A DNA stretch of 55,725 nucleotides from Candidatus Hodarchaeota archaeon (GTDB lineage: Archaea > Asgardarchaeota > Heimdallarchaeia > Hodarchaeales > Hodarchaeaceae), in assembly GCA_029856365.1 (NCBI GenBank), contig JAHQWW010000013.1, forward strand, positions 1 to 55,725. Reading direction: 5' to 3'. The position numbers were made by a program, and so were the translations under genes. The notes beneath the pieces were generated by a model. It searched no databases. It was not told the DNA's origin and saw only the letters and a list, made by a program, of their open reading frames with translations. The first letter of the stretch is position 1. Every line of letters begins with the position of its first letter. Shown piece after piece: positions 39,336-48,362 of the stretch.

Positions 39336-40643
39336 CTAACAATCAATATATCGAGATAATTCCCATTGTGTAATTTCTTCCTTTTCAAAGCTATATTCTC
39401 TTTTAAAGTCAAGCCATTCGTTCATTCGTGCTTCATAATATTCTTGATGAAGTGCTGGTCCAAGGATCTCTCCTGCTAGCTTACTATGTTTAAATTTCAG
39501 CAAGGCGTCATAAAGAGTCCGAGGTAATAACTCCACTCCCTTTTCTTCGAGCTGTTTTGGATTAAGGACGTCTGCATCGAAGTTCGCTTCGTCAGGTGGT
39601 TCCAGCTTCTTTTTTACACCCTCTAGACCAGCTTTAAGGAGAAAAGCTAAGGTGAAATAAATGTTCGTAGCTGCATCTGGGGCACGATATTCTAACCTTC
39701 CTGCTTCGTAACCAGGTACACGAATCAAAGCAGTACGATTTGCAATCCCCCAGGTTTTATATACTGGAGCTTCTTTTCCAGGAACCAAGCGTCTATAGGA
39801 ATTTACAATAGGATTGGTAATAGCTGTGATTTCGCTTGCATGGTTGAGCTGACCTGCAATAAAATAAAGTGCGAATTCAGATAATTCATTCCCACTACCC
39901 TTGAATAAATCATCAGTAAAGGATCTGACCATTTGATGGATGTGCATCCCATTTCCTGCTTCATCGATAAAGGGTTTAGGCATGAAAGACACAATCCACT
40001 CACTATGATTTAGTGTTACCATTTTAGCGATTTGTTTGAAGTATTGCACACCATCAGCAGCTTGAATCGCAGGTGATGAATCAAACTCAATTTCGTGTTG
40101 ACCAGGTCCAACTTCTGAATGGAATGTTTTTAATGGAATATTTACTTGATCTAATGTTTCAACAATCATTTTCCGTAGAAAATATCCTTTATCCCTTGGG
40201 GGTAGAACCATATAAGTTGCAGAATCCGCAGGTTTGAAATCAGATGTTAACATATAAAACTCCATTTCTGGCCTCGCAAAATAGGTCACTTGGAACTTAT
40301 CATACAATTCCTTGTTAATTTTAGCTAAAATACCTCTTGGATCAGCAGCAATCCGCTCGTGAGTGTCAGTACTTCGTAAATCACAAAATGCGCAAGCAGT
40401 ATTGTCTTGCCAAGGTAACAAGGTTACTGTGGTGGGATCAGGAACAATAATCATGTCCGATTGCTTTGTCCTTAAGAAGCCAATGCTACTCCCATCAACC
40501 CCAATCTGATCAGCTTTGGCAAAAGAATCTTTTGACATTTCAACCCCCTTAAGTTGACCATCAGCGCCAGTGAATTGAAGTAAGAGATATTTTACTCCTA
40601 AATGATCCATCTTCTGAATGACTGTTTTTGTAATATCAGACAT
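39336..40643 (-). CDS. glnA: Glutamine synthetase type I family protein, paralogue B
   Basis: VDGSS, PEMEFY, HSEVGPGQHE, FMPKP...GNGMH, PGKEAP, NRTALIR, LEYRAPD. Confidence 0.8.
   Translation of the reverse strand: MSDITKTVIQKMDHLGVKYLLLQFTGADGQLKGVEMSKDSFAKADQIGVDGSSIGFLRTKQSDMIIVPDPTTVTLLPWQDNTACAFCDLRSTDTHERIAADPRGILAKINKELYDKFQVTYFARPEMEFYMLTSDFKPADSATYMVLPPRDKGYFLRKMIVETLDQVNIPLKTFHSEVGPGQHEIEFDSSPAIQAADGVQYFKQIAKMVTLNHSEWIVSFMPKPFIDEAGNGMHIHQMVRSFTDDLFKGSGNELSEFALYFIAGQLNHASEITAITNPIVNSYRRLVPGKEAPVYKTWGIANRTALIRVPGYEAGRLEYRAPDAATNIYFTLAFLLKAGLEGVKKKLEPPDEANFDADVLNPKQLEEKGVELLPRTLYDALLKFKHSKLAGEILGPALHQEYYEARMNEWLDFKREYSFEKEEITQWELSRYIDC
39942..39986 (-). repeat. Copy 2 of the 45-bp inverted repeat
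   Basis: Encodes the identical peptide FMPKPFIDEAGNGMH. Confidence 0.85.
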
Positions 40644-40655
40644 TATGTTAATCTC

Positions 40656-41108
40656 TTATCTAGCAACCTCTTCTTTTAGTAAAAGTCTAGTTAACCTTGT
40701 ACCAGAGCCGCCTAGAAGACCTCCAAGAAGTCCGAACAATCCACAAATGACACTAGATAGTAAAATTATTACCAAAGAACCTGGAGGTAGAGGAGCTCCT
40801 AAGACATCTCCTATAGCAGCCAGAAAATAATTTAGTGTTTCCATCAATCCAGGTGTTGTTAGAATCATGATTAAGATGGATACAAATCGTCCAGCTAATG
40901 TTCCTAAGCCAGTGAATAAACCAGCATATGCAGATCCAATGATAATTCCCCCAATTATTCCTAATATTAATGGACTTAACCAAAAGGGTAAGGAGGAAGC
41001 AATGGTAAGGTCGATAACTATCATACCCATTAGAGATATGATAAATGCAATTGATCGTTTATACTTCAATATTTTACGAATGTCAATTTCAAGAGTACGT
41101 TCGCTCAT
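40656..41108 (-). CDS. Gly-rich 4-TM membrane protein
   Basis: Four hydrophobic helices with GxxG repeats (GIIGG, GLLGGLLG). It sits in an operon-like run between the acylase and glnA B. Confidence 0.7.
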   Translation of the reverse strand: MSERTLEIDIRKILKYKRSIAFIISLMGMIVIDLTIASSLPFWLSPLILGIIGGIIIGSAYAGLFTGLGTLAGRFVSILIMILTTPGLMETLNYFLAAIGDVLGAPLPPGSLVIILLSSVICGLFGLLGGLLGGSGTRLTRLLLKEEVAR

Positions 41109-41117
41109 TTTTTTACC

Positions 41118-43703
41118 TCAATTTGATTTTAGAACCACTGTAGCTTCCAAGTATGCCTTTGGGAATTCATCCACAGAATCATATTCGATTAACATTAGAT
41201 GATATTTACCTTTAATCCATAGATCAAGGGCTTGGTCGGCGTAATGAGAATTAGCGGGATTCCCGCTTACTCCTCCTGGAATGACACTCCAACAATCGGT
41301 CATATTGTCAAAATTAACAATCATTCGTTCACTGGGGCCACCCCCTACTCTTCGACCGCCCGCAGCTAGAAGCGTGTATCCTGAACCGTCATGTTCGTGT
41401 GATCCTTTTCCGAAGGAGGGAATTCCTCCCAAATGATTGAAGTACATCCGATGGTATTCACCCCATTCCCAATCATGTTCTATATCTGAACCAAATTCGT
41501 TTTCTAAGTATTTCACAGCTTCGATAAATGCTTCAACCATTATATCATCCATGTCTTCAACTACAGTAGTTGTTACATTATCGAACCATTTTGAATCTGG
41601 ATCATTACGTACAAGATATTCTAGTGTATTATCTTGAGGTTTTGTAACACTTATTCCAGCTTCTTCATACTCATCGTTCCATACTAGATCTTTAAATCGT
41701 GAAAACGTTTCATAAAAAATTGTTGGACCTATAAGTTCGCTTCTCATGAGATACTTCTCATTACTCTCTCTCCATGATTTCAATTTAGCCAATGCAGTTG
41801 TCGCTGTGTCTGAAAGTGCTTCCCCTGAATTTTCAATAGCATCGATGAAGAATGGAGTAAATGCTTCAGAGCATGTGTCAAAAATACCCATGTCACCACA
41901 TTGAGCATTTTTCATAAAATCGGCATCAATGGATCCCTCAGAAGCCTCGCTCAACCAACGATTAATACTTCTCCCACGATATCCTGCAGCTTGAGTGCTG
42001 CTTATATAATATTGATAGTCAGGACCAGTAGACTTTTGATTGGTTGATGCTAGATAACATTGATCAGGATCAACTGAGTATGGGAGTTCATTGAAAGGAA
42101 TGTACTCCCAGTCCTTATTGACAGATGAATCAGAACCATTTTGTACAAACCGTGCAAGTAAACCTTCAGTAAAGTTCCTCTTTACATACCTCCCTGTTGG
42201 TCTTAAAGCAATTGTTCCGTCAGAATCCGCAAAAACAACGTTCTGAGGGGGATCATGGAACCATTGCATGGATTGATTAAATTCTTTCCAATTTTTAGCT
42301 TTGTTTGCACCGTATAATGCTTTAATTTCGTATGTTGGTTCTTCGGTAGCTGTCCACCTCATAGCAATCAAAGATTTCCCCATTTCCTCTGCCATTATCA
42401 CCCCTTCCTGCGTGTATTCTATTGTCTCTGTGTGGTTTTCAAGCCCTTTTACTGGAATGGTAACATTCCTTTTCGTTGGAGCCAACCACATGGTTCCGTT
42501 CCAATATTCACCTTCATCATTCCAAACATACTCATACCAGTCCATCCCATCTGGCCCAACATTAGTAAAACCCCATGCTACATGAGTATTGTATCCCACG
42601 ACTACTACTGGAGTTCCTGTTAGTGTGTAGCCAAATATATTCCAATCATCTTCCGTCGCGACGAGATGGGCTTCATACCAAATATGGGGAAGATCAATGC
42701 TTAGATGCATATCATTACAAAGTATAGGTTTTCCACTCTTTGTCTTTGTTCCATTTGCTACCCAGTTATTTGATCCTATCCATGATTGCTGGAAGTATTT
42801 GACACTTTCAGGAGTTTTATCCAAAATTTTCTTAATTGTTGCACTATTAGTTTTAATATCTCCAGTTTGAACCCTAGCTGTAATTTTATTTGTAAGACCC
42901 GAAGAAAGCGTGTAATTTCCATAATCAGGTACAACTGGAATCTGATAATATGTCTGGTTGAGTGGAAATAATTCCTCCATCGCAGTTAAGTTACCATTGA
43001 ACAGGTCATCCCTTAAAATAGTAGCATGCAAATCATAAGTTGAATAAGTTAACATTAGACTCATTAGACGATTGTAAACAAAGGTTTTAAGTGGTGTCCA
43101 TGGTGTAGGCTCGAAATTTAATAATTGAAACTCGATTGGTAACGTTTTGGTACTTATTCTGTGTTCAATTTCGTAATTCACCCCATTGCAATAAGCATCT
43201 AAGAGGATTAACATCATGTCGAGATCTGAATCAAATTCACGTTCTCTTTCGAATGTTATTATCATCTCTTGCGCAGCTTTTTCAATCCCAATAGTTTCAT
43301 ACCAAATATCATCCTCGAGAGATTCATTCCCCATCACCTCTGACATTAGTCCCATTCCAGTTCGAACAGTCATTTCCATCTGAAACATTCTATCATAGGC
43401 ATGACAATAACCTAGGGCAAAAACAGCATCTTTCTTAGTCTTGGCGTAAATATGTGGGATTCCCCAGTTGTCTCGAATAATAGTTACGGTGTTATCAATA
43501 CCCTCAAGGGTAATTGTCCCAGAAGAATACTCAGATCCCTTTGAAGCACCAAAAATTCCTCCAGGGGACACAATTGGACCAAGAGCGAACATTCCCATTA
43601 TTGGAGTCGAAAGAATTATGATGAGGAGGAAAATTCCAACAATCGAAATAGCAAGAACTGCTCCCTGTCTATATAAATCGCGTTGAAGTGTCATTTCAAT
43701 CAC
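41118..43703 (-). CDS. Penicillin acylase family Ntn-hydrolase, membrane-anchored or secreted
   Basis: RDNWGIPHIYA, GY.HA.DR.FQM, autoproteolytic GSNNW, NDMHL, WG..H, PGG.SG.P...HY.DQ. Confidence 0.92.
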   Translation of the reverse strand: MIEMTLQRDLYRQGAVLAISIVGIFLLIIILSTPIMGMFALGPIVSPGGIFGASKGSEYSSGTITLEGIDNTVTIIRDNWGIPHIYAKTKKDAVFALGYCHAYDRMFQMEMTVRTGMGLMSEVMGNESLEDDIWYETIGIEKAAQEMIITFEREREFDSDLDMMLILLDAYCNGVNYEIEHRISTKTLPIEFQLLNFEPTPWTPLKTFVYNRLMSLMLTYSTYDLHATILRDDLFNGNLTAMEELFPLNQTYYQIPVVPDYGNYTLSSGLTNKITARVQTGDIKTNSATIKKILDKTPESVKYFQQSWIGSNNWVANGTKTKSGKPILCNDMHLSIDLPHIWYEAHLVATEDDWNIFGYTLTGTPVVVVGYNTHVAWGFTNVGPDGMDWYEYVWNDEGEYWNGTMWLAPTKRNVTIPVKGLENHTETIEYTQEGVIMAEEMGKSLIAMRWTATEEPTYEIKALYGANKAKNWKEFNQSMQWFHDPPQNVVFADSDGTIALRPTGRYVKRNFTEGLLARFVQNGSDSSVNKDWEYIPFNELPYSVDPDQCYLASTNQKSTGPDYQYYISSTQAAGYRGRSINRWLSEASEGSIDADFMKNAQCGDMGIFDTCSEAFTPFFIDAIENSGEALSDTATTALAKLKSWRESNEKYLMRSELIGPTIFYETFSRFKDLVWNDEYEEAGISVTKPQDNTLEYLVRNDPDSKWFDNVTTTVVEDMDDIMVEAFIEAVKYLENEFGSDIEHDWEWGEYHRMYFNHLGGIPSFGKGSHEHDGSGYTLLAAGGRRVGGGPSERMIVNFDNMTDCWSVIPGGVSGNPANSHYADQALDLWIKGKYHLMLIEYDSVDEFPKAYLEATVVLKSN

Positions 43704-43907
43704 AGAGATTTATTCGGTTTAAATATAATCTTAATTCTATTTTCAGATAGTTTTCGTTTTATTAGAAAGGTTTGAGGGAATACACAATAAGTAAATAAAA
43801 GAGTTTTTGAAGGATCGTTAACTCTATCAATAAAACAAAGATTAAATGCTTTAAACACCATATCAAAACAAATTATCCCCCCTTTTTCTAGTAGATATAG
43901 AAAAAAA

Positions 43908-44381
43908 ATGGTTAAGAGAGCAAAGATGTCTGTAGATACACCTGATCACAATTTAGGATTATTTTTCGGGATAATAGAACACAACAAACTGAATCCAATA
44001 ATTCTTTGGTCAGGGTCCACTTGGCATTCAGAAATCCAGACTTGGAATTTACTCTTGAAAATTCTTGCAACAAAAGATCCTATAGACCTTGAGGAAGTGG
44101 AATGGAATTTTTTACCCCTAACATGGGATGATGTGGAGATTTTCGCTTTAACTAAAGCTTTTCAAATTAAAGGAATAGGCTCTGCTTATTTAGTAGTTTT
44201 CCATCAATCAGCTGAGAAATTAACCCAATTCATTCTCACAAAGGAGGAAGAAATAGGTGAGACATTTAAAGAGATTTTAACTTCCTCAGCATTTTTTTCA
44301 ATTCAACGCTTAAATAATGAACAATTAAAGCAAATTCGTATCAAATGTCAAGTATATTATGAAATTCTATCACAGCTCTAA
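43908..44381 (+). CDS. Hypothetical protein, possibly longin/uDENN-like
   Basis: LFFGII....NPIIL beta hairpin, a helix, then FLPL and three strands. Pattern-level resemblance only. Confidence 0.45.
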   Translation: MVKRAKMSVDTPDHNLGLFFGIIEHNKLNPIILWSGSTWHSEIQTWNLLLKILATKDPIDLEEVEWNFLPLTWDDVEIFALTKAFQIKGIGSAYLVVFHQSAEKLTQFILTKEEEIGETFKEILTSSAFFSIQRLNNEQLKQIRIKCQVYYEILSQL

Positions 44382-44440
44382 ACTCCCTTTTAAGGGAAAA
44401 ATTATTTGATCCATTTGAATCTAATAATAGTTTGGTAGAA

Positions 44441-45094
44441 ATGACCAGAATTATATTATTAACAGTAATTTCATTCATTCTTTTACTTTTATTGCCTATT
44501 TTATGTCATTCTACTGCGAGTCCAGTTTATTCAAAAACATGGACACAATCAGATGGATCTAAATTAGAAATTGCTATTTCTTCATATTCTACCAACCTTT
44601 TAGTTGATAGAACATACACATACAAAATTGATTTGGAAGCTGAAGCTTTTGGTTCAAACCTAAATGGATATTATTCAATAGCAGTAGGTCTTAGATTTAC
44701 AAGCTCCGAAGAAACATTCAAAAGCGATTTAAAATGCGATATTGGTGATCTCACGACTGTTGGTTCAAAAGTTCACGTCTTAATACGATTATCAGTCCCT
44801 TCAGCAGCTAAATTTTCATTAAATCGCGGGGAATCAATACCAGGCCAACTTGAGTATATAGTTTATTACTCAGAACACTCAAAAGATTGGGATAAATCTG
44901 AGATGGCGCCAAATCAGTGGCCTCATGAATCTGATATGTCAGTAGGATGGGAAACAATTTCACAGGGGAAAATAACAAATCCATTAATCAATATTTCAGA
45001 AGCTGTTATTATTACTCTGATTACTGTCTTCTTGACTGGTTCTGTGTTTGTTATTTACATAACCATTAAAAAAAGAACCAAAAAAAGAGCCTGA
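44441..45094 (+). CDS. Secreted beta-rich protein with C-terminal membrane anchor
   Basis: Signal peptide MTRIILLTVISFILLLLLPIL, and a C-terminal TM helix followed by KKRTKKR. Confidence 0.7.
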   Translation: MTRIILLTVISFILLLLLPILCHSTASPVYSKTWTQSDGSKLEIAISSYSTNLLVDRTYTYKIDLEAEAFGSNLNGYYSIAVGLRFTSSEETFKSDLKCDIGDLTTVGSKVHVLIRLSVPSAAKFSLNRGESIPGQLEYIVYYSEHSKDWDKSEMAPNQWPHESDMSVGWETISQGKITNPLINISEAVIITLITVFLTGSVFVIYITIKKRTKKRA

Positions 45095-45112
45095 TTCAGT
45101 TTTTCTCGTTAC

Positions 45113-45853
45113 CTACAACAATAGTTTCATTCCAGCAATAGCTGTTTGGATTGACTCGATTTGCCCTGCTTTTTTATCTAGTATTAACTCTCCAGTTTCA
45201 AAGTCACCAATAGCTGCTAATATTCCCCCAGTTTTCCAACCTCTAATACTTCCCAAAACAAAGAGAGTAGAGATTTCCATCTCCGTAACAAGAGCCTTTC
45301 CTCGTTTCCAGATTTCCCATCTTTCGATAATCTCTTTTTTTGCTGGAATCATTTCTGGTTCTTCACTCCAGAAAGCGTCTTTAGAATGTATTATTCCTTC
45401 ATGAAAGCGATCTTGAAGATTTAGATTAAACGCTCCTTGTCGTAATGCTAGAACAACATCTGGATGAGCTACTGCAGGAAATTCCAAAGGCAAGTATTGT
45501 CTTGTTGTCCCCTCATCACGAATAGCACCAATAGCAGAAACAATATCTCCTAGTTTTACACGAGGATTCAAAATTCCTGAGGTTCCTACTCGAATAATAG
45601 TTGTTATTCCACATTTTCCGAATTCTTCTAACCCAATAGCAGTTGAAGGGCCCCCAATTCCCATACTGGCAATGAGGACAGGGTTTTCCTCAATATACGC
45701 AACGAAGGTTCTATACTCACGATTGAAAGCAATCTCTTGGGAGTCTTTTAAATGTTGAGCAATCGCTTCTGTCCGTGCTGGGTCACCAACAATGAACATA
45801 TGTTGTGCTCCCTCTAATTCTCTTTCGAATAAATTAATGTGATAATGTTTCAT
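45113..45853 (-). CDS. udp: Uridine/nucleoside phosphorylase (NP-I family)
   Basis: VGDPAR, NREY, GIGGPS.AI..EE, IRVGT, RDEGT..Y, EME. Confidence 0.88.
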   Translation of the reverse strand: MKHYHINLFERELEGAQHMFIVGDPARTEAIAQHLKDSQEIAFNREYRTFVAYIEENPVLIASMGIGGPSTAIGLEEFGKCGITTIIRVGTSGILNPRVKLGDIVSAIGAIRDEGTTRQYLPLEFPAVAHPDVVLALRQGAFNLNLQDRFHEGIIHSKDAFWSEEPEMIPAKKEIIERWEIWKRGKALVTEMEISTLFVLGSIRGWKTGGILAAIGDFETGELILDKKAGQIESIQTAIAGMKLLL

Positions 45854-45912
45854 TGTGATTATTTTCCCAAATAAATAAATAATTTCGTTTTATCTTCATC
45901 ATGTTTTTAACA

Positions 45913-46272
45913 TCAAAGTGGGAACCAAACAAACCCTGAAACTGGTTTTCCGTTAATTTCACGGACTTTTTTCCAGACAGCTTTAAGTTTCATTCCCAAC
46001 CTTATATCATTTGGTTCTACTTCTAGCTGACCTGTATAACGGACTTCTCCAAGATCTATAATACCTAATAGGAGGGAAGATCTGTCGATTCCTGTAGGTG
46101 GGGCCTTTAGAATGGTGTAGGTAATAAGGGTGCCTTCAGAAGGAAGTGTTACATTTTTAAAATCCTGATGTTTGCACTGAAGACAACGGCCATGTTTTGG
46201 ATAATGTATTTTGCCACAATTCAGACATTCATATCCAATTGGTACTTTTTCTGCCATTAAAATCACCTTCAA
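45913..46272 (-). CDS. DUF35 Zn-ribbon/OB-fold protein
   Basis: CLNCG..HYP....CLQC, G.L.TYT. Follows the thiolase-like gene. Confidence 0.9.
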   Translation of the reverse strand: MKVILMAEKVPIGYECLNCGKIHYPKHGRCLQCKHQDFKNVTLPSEGTLITYTILKAPPTGIDRSSLLLGIIDLGEVRYTGQLEVEPNDIRLGMKLKAVWKKVREINGKPVSGFVWFPL

Positions 46273-47450
46273 GTCTTTGAGAGGATAGTGGCTACAACAT
46301 TGTTGCCAAACCCTCCAAAATTAATTGCATATGCATGTTTGGGATTATTGGGAATTTGTCGTTCACCTGCTTCTCCTCTAAGTTGCCATACTAATTCACA
46401 GAGTTGAGCAACTCCAGTTGCACCGACAGGGTGACCCCGGGCTTTTAGACCACCTGAAGGATTGACTGGAAATCGGCCATTGATTTCTGTTTCGCCTTTA
46501 CGAATAGCAAGATGAGCCTTACCCCGTTCATAAAATCCTGCTGATTCCAATTCAGCTATCTCTAATATTTCAAACGCGTTATGTATTTCTGCAAAGTTTA
46601 TATCCTTTCTCTTTAACCCAGCCATTACTAATGCTTGATCAGAAGCATCTTTTACTGCTTTGAGAAATGTTGGATCTTCACGTTCGTGTACAGCCATAGT
46701 ATCCATACCCTGTCCTGTACCAGTGAATTTGATCAATCGTTTTCCAGATATTTCTTTTGCCTTTTCCAGTGAACACATTATAATGGAAGCTGCCCCATCA
46801 GTGACAGGACACACATCATATAGATGTAATGGATCTGCAATCATAGGATTATTCAATTTTGCTTCACGAGAGGTTAAAATGCCTTCCATTGTAATTTTTT
46901 GTTGTATATGAGCATGAGGGTTCATTAAACCGTTCTTATGATTCTTAATTGCAATTCTAGCCAAATCTTCTGATGTAACCCCGTATTTATTGAAGTAGAT
47001 TCGAGCTAACATCGCACCGAGAGAAGGAAAGGTTATACCATAGATATATTCAGCCTCAGGATGTGACATAGTAGCAATAAAATCAGTAACTACTGGAGCT
47101 GGAGCAACGCGCATTTTCTCACCACCAGTAACCATAACGCAATCGTGAATCCCCGAAGCTATAGCCATATACCCTATTCGGGCAGCTGTTCCCCCTGAGG
47201 CAGGACCATTTTCAATGGATGCTCCAACAGCTGGGAAAAGATTCAGATAATCAATTAAAGCAGAAGCTAGTGCTGTTTGGTTATTAATACGGCCCGCTCC
47301 CATGTTAGCAACAAATACGGCGTCAATTTCATCTGTACCAGCATCAGTAATTGCATCTAATGAAGCTTCCGCCATCATTTCTATTAGGGAACCATCAAAT
47401 CGTCCCCAACGACTCCCCAATCCCACTCCAATAATAGCAACCTCACGCAT
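46269..47450 (-). CDS. SCP2/archaeal-type thiolase-fold protein lacking the nucleophilic Cys
   Basis: IENGPASGG in place of VExACASGG, KNH.N...NP.A, CP.TDGAA, AEIHNAF in place of EvHDCF, NPSGGL...GHPVGATG. Confidence 0.88.
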   Translation of the reverse strand: MREVAIIGVGLGSRWGRFDGSLIEMMAEASLDAITDAGTDEIDAVFVANMGAGRINNQTALASALIDYLNLFPAVGASIENGPASGGTAARIGYMAIASGIHDCVMVTGGEKMRVAPAPVVTDFIATMSHPEAEYIYGITFPSLGAMLARIYFNKYGVTSEDLARIAIKNHKNGLMNPHAHIQQKITMEGILTSREAKLNNPMIADPLHLYDVCPVTDGAASIIMCSLEKAKEISGKRLIKFTGTGQGMDTMAVHEREDPTFLKAVKDASDQALVMAGLKRKDINFAEIHNAFEILEIAELESAGFYERGKAHLAIRKGETEINGRFPVNPSGGLKARGHPVGATGVAQLCELVWQLRGEAGERQIPNNPKHAYAINFGGFGNNVVATILSKT

Positions 47451-47454
47451 TTAT

Positions 47455-48159
47455 TCACTCTTCCTTCTTTTTGCCTGTAATTTGAAATATCACATCTTCA
47501 GGAATTAAAATCTTTCTTTTACAATTTTCTAACAAATTCTCAGGAACTGGTCGTTCTCCAAAGAGACGTTCTGGAACAACATAACCTTCCCAATTTTCTT
47601 TTGTGAGACAATATGAGGGAACTCCACCTAATTCATGTTCTATTTCGGGTCGTGGTTCGAGCCGTAATTCTTCCATCCATCGTTGGAATCCGATCGGTGA
47701 CTCCGCTACAATATAAACCTCTTTATTTCCCAAAAGAAAATGATTTTCCATCTTAGCCACAAATAAATGAGCACCAACACGAAGACCTCTTTTGAACGTC
47801 ATCGTGTGAAGACTCATTCCAATTTTAGGATTAACTGTTAAACGACTGTTTACGAGACCTAAAACCTCACCAGTGTTCCCATCTTGCCCAAGAATAACAT
47901 ATTCATCATGAACTCTGTAATTAGTGTAAGCCAATAGCTCGCTTAATATCCGAGCTCCTACAAGATCATAATATTGGTAATCAGTAAGTTTCACTATGTC
48001 ATAAAATAATGGAATGACATGTTTTACCTCATCTCGTGTAATTTGACGAACTACCATCTTGGTACCGTCAGCTAAATTAATATATTTGGAAGGATAAGGT
48101 GTATTTTCGGGGTTTATCTTATTTTGTGGAGGACGTAACATTTCTTCATCTATTGACAT
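47455..48159 (-). CDS. GNAT-fold protein of unknown function
   Basis: DG.KMVVRQ N-terminus, GEVLGLV strand, KRGLRVGAHL (motif A-like), G.KEVYI.AES. Confidence 0.55.
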   Translation of the reverse strand: MSIDEEMLRPPQNKINPENTPYPSKYINLADGTKMVVRQITRDEVKHVIPLFYDIVKLTDYQYYDLVGARILSELLAYTNYRVHDEYVILGQDGNTGEVLGLVNSRLTVNPKIGMSLHTMTFKRGLRVGAHLFVAKMENHFLLGNKEVYIVAESPIGFQRWMEELRLEPRPEIEHELGGVPSYCLTKENWEGYVVPERLFGERPVPENLLENCKRKILIPEDVIFQITGKKKEE

Positions 48160-48362
48160 CGTTCTCGTCTCTTTTGAATTTTTTAACGGTATTTCAAGAG
48201 AAAAAACTCAAGAAACAAATCTTTTTCTAGCAATTATCTCAGAGTTGTCTTTACTAAATATTTTTACAAAGATTGATACATTCTTCGAGGATTGAATGAA
48301 ATCTTACATTCTTCTTCTTTGAAGAGAAAATTACTCTCTTATACTCTAGGATGCAAGAAAGA

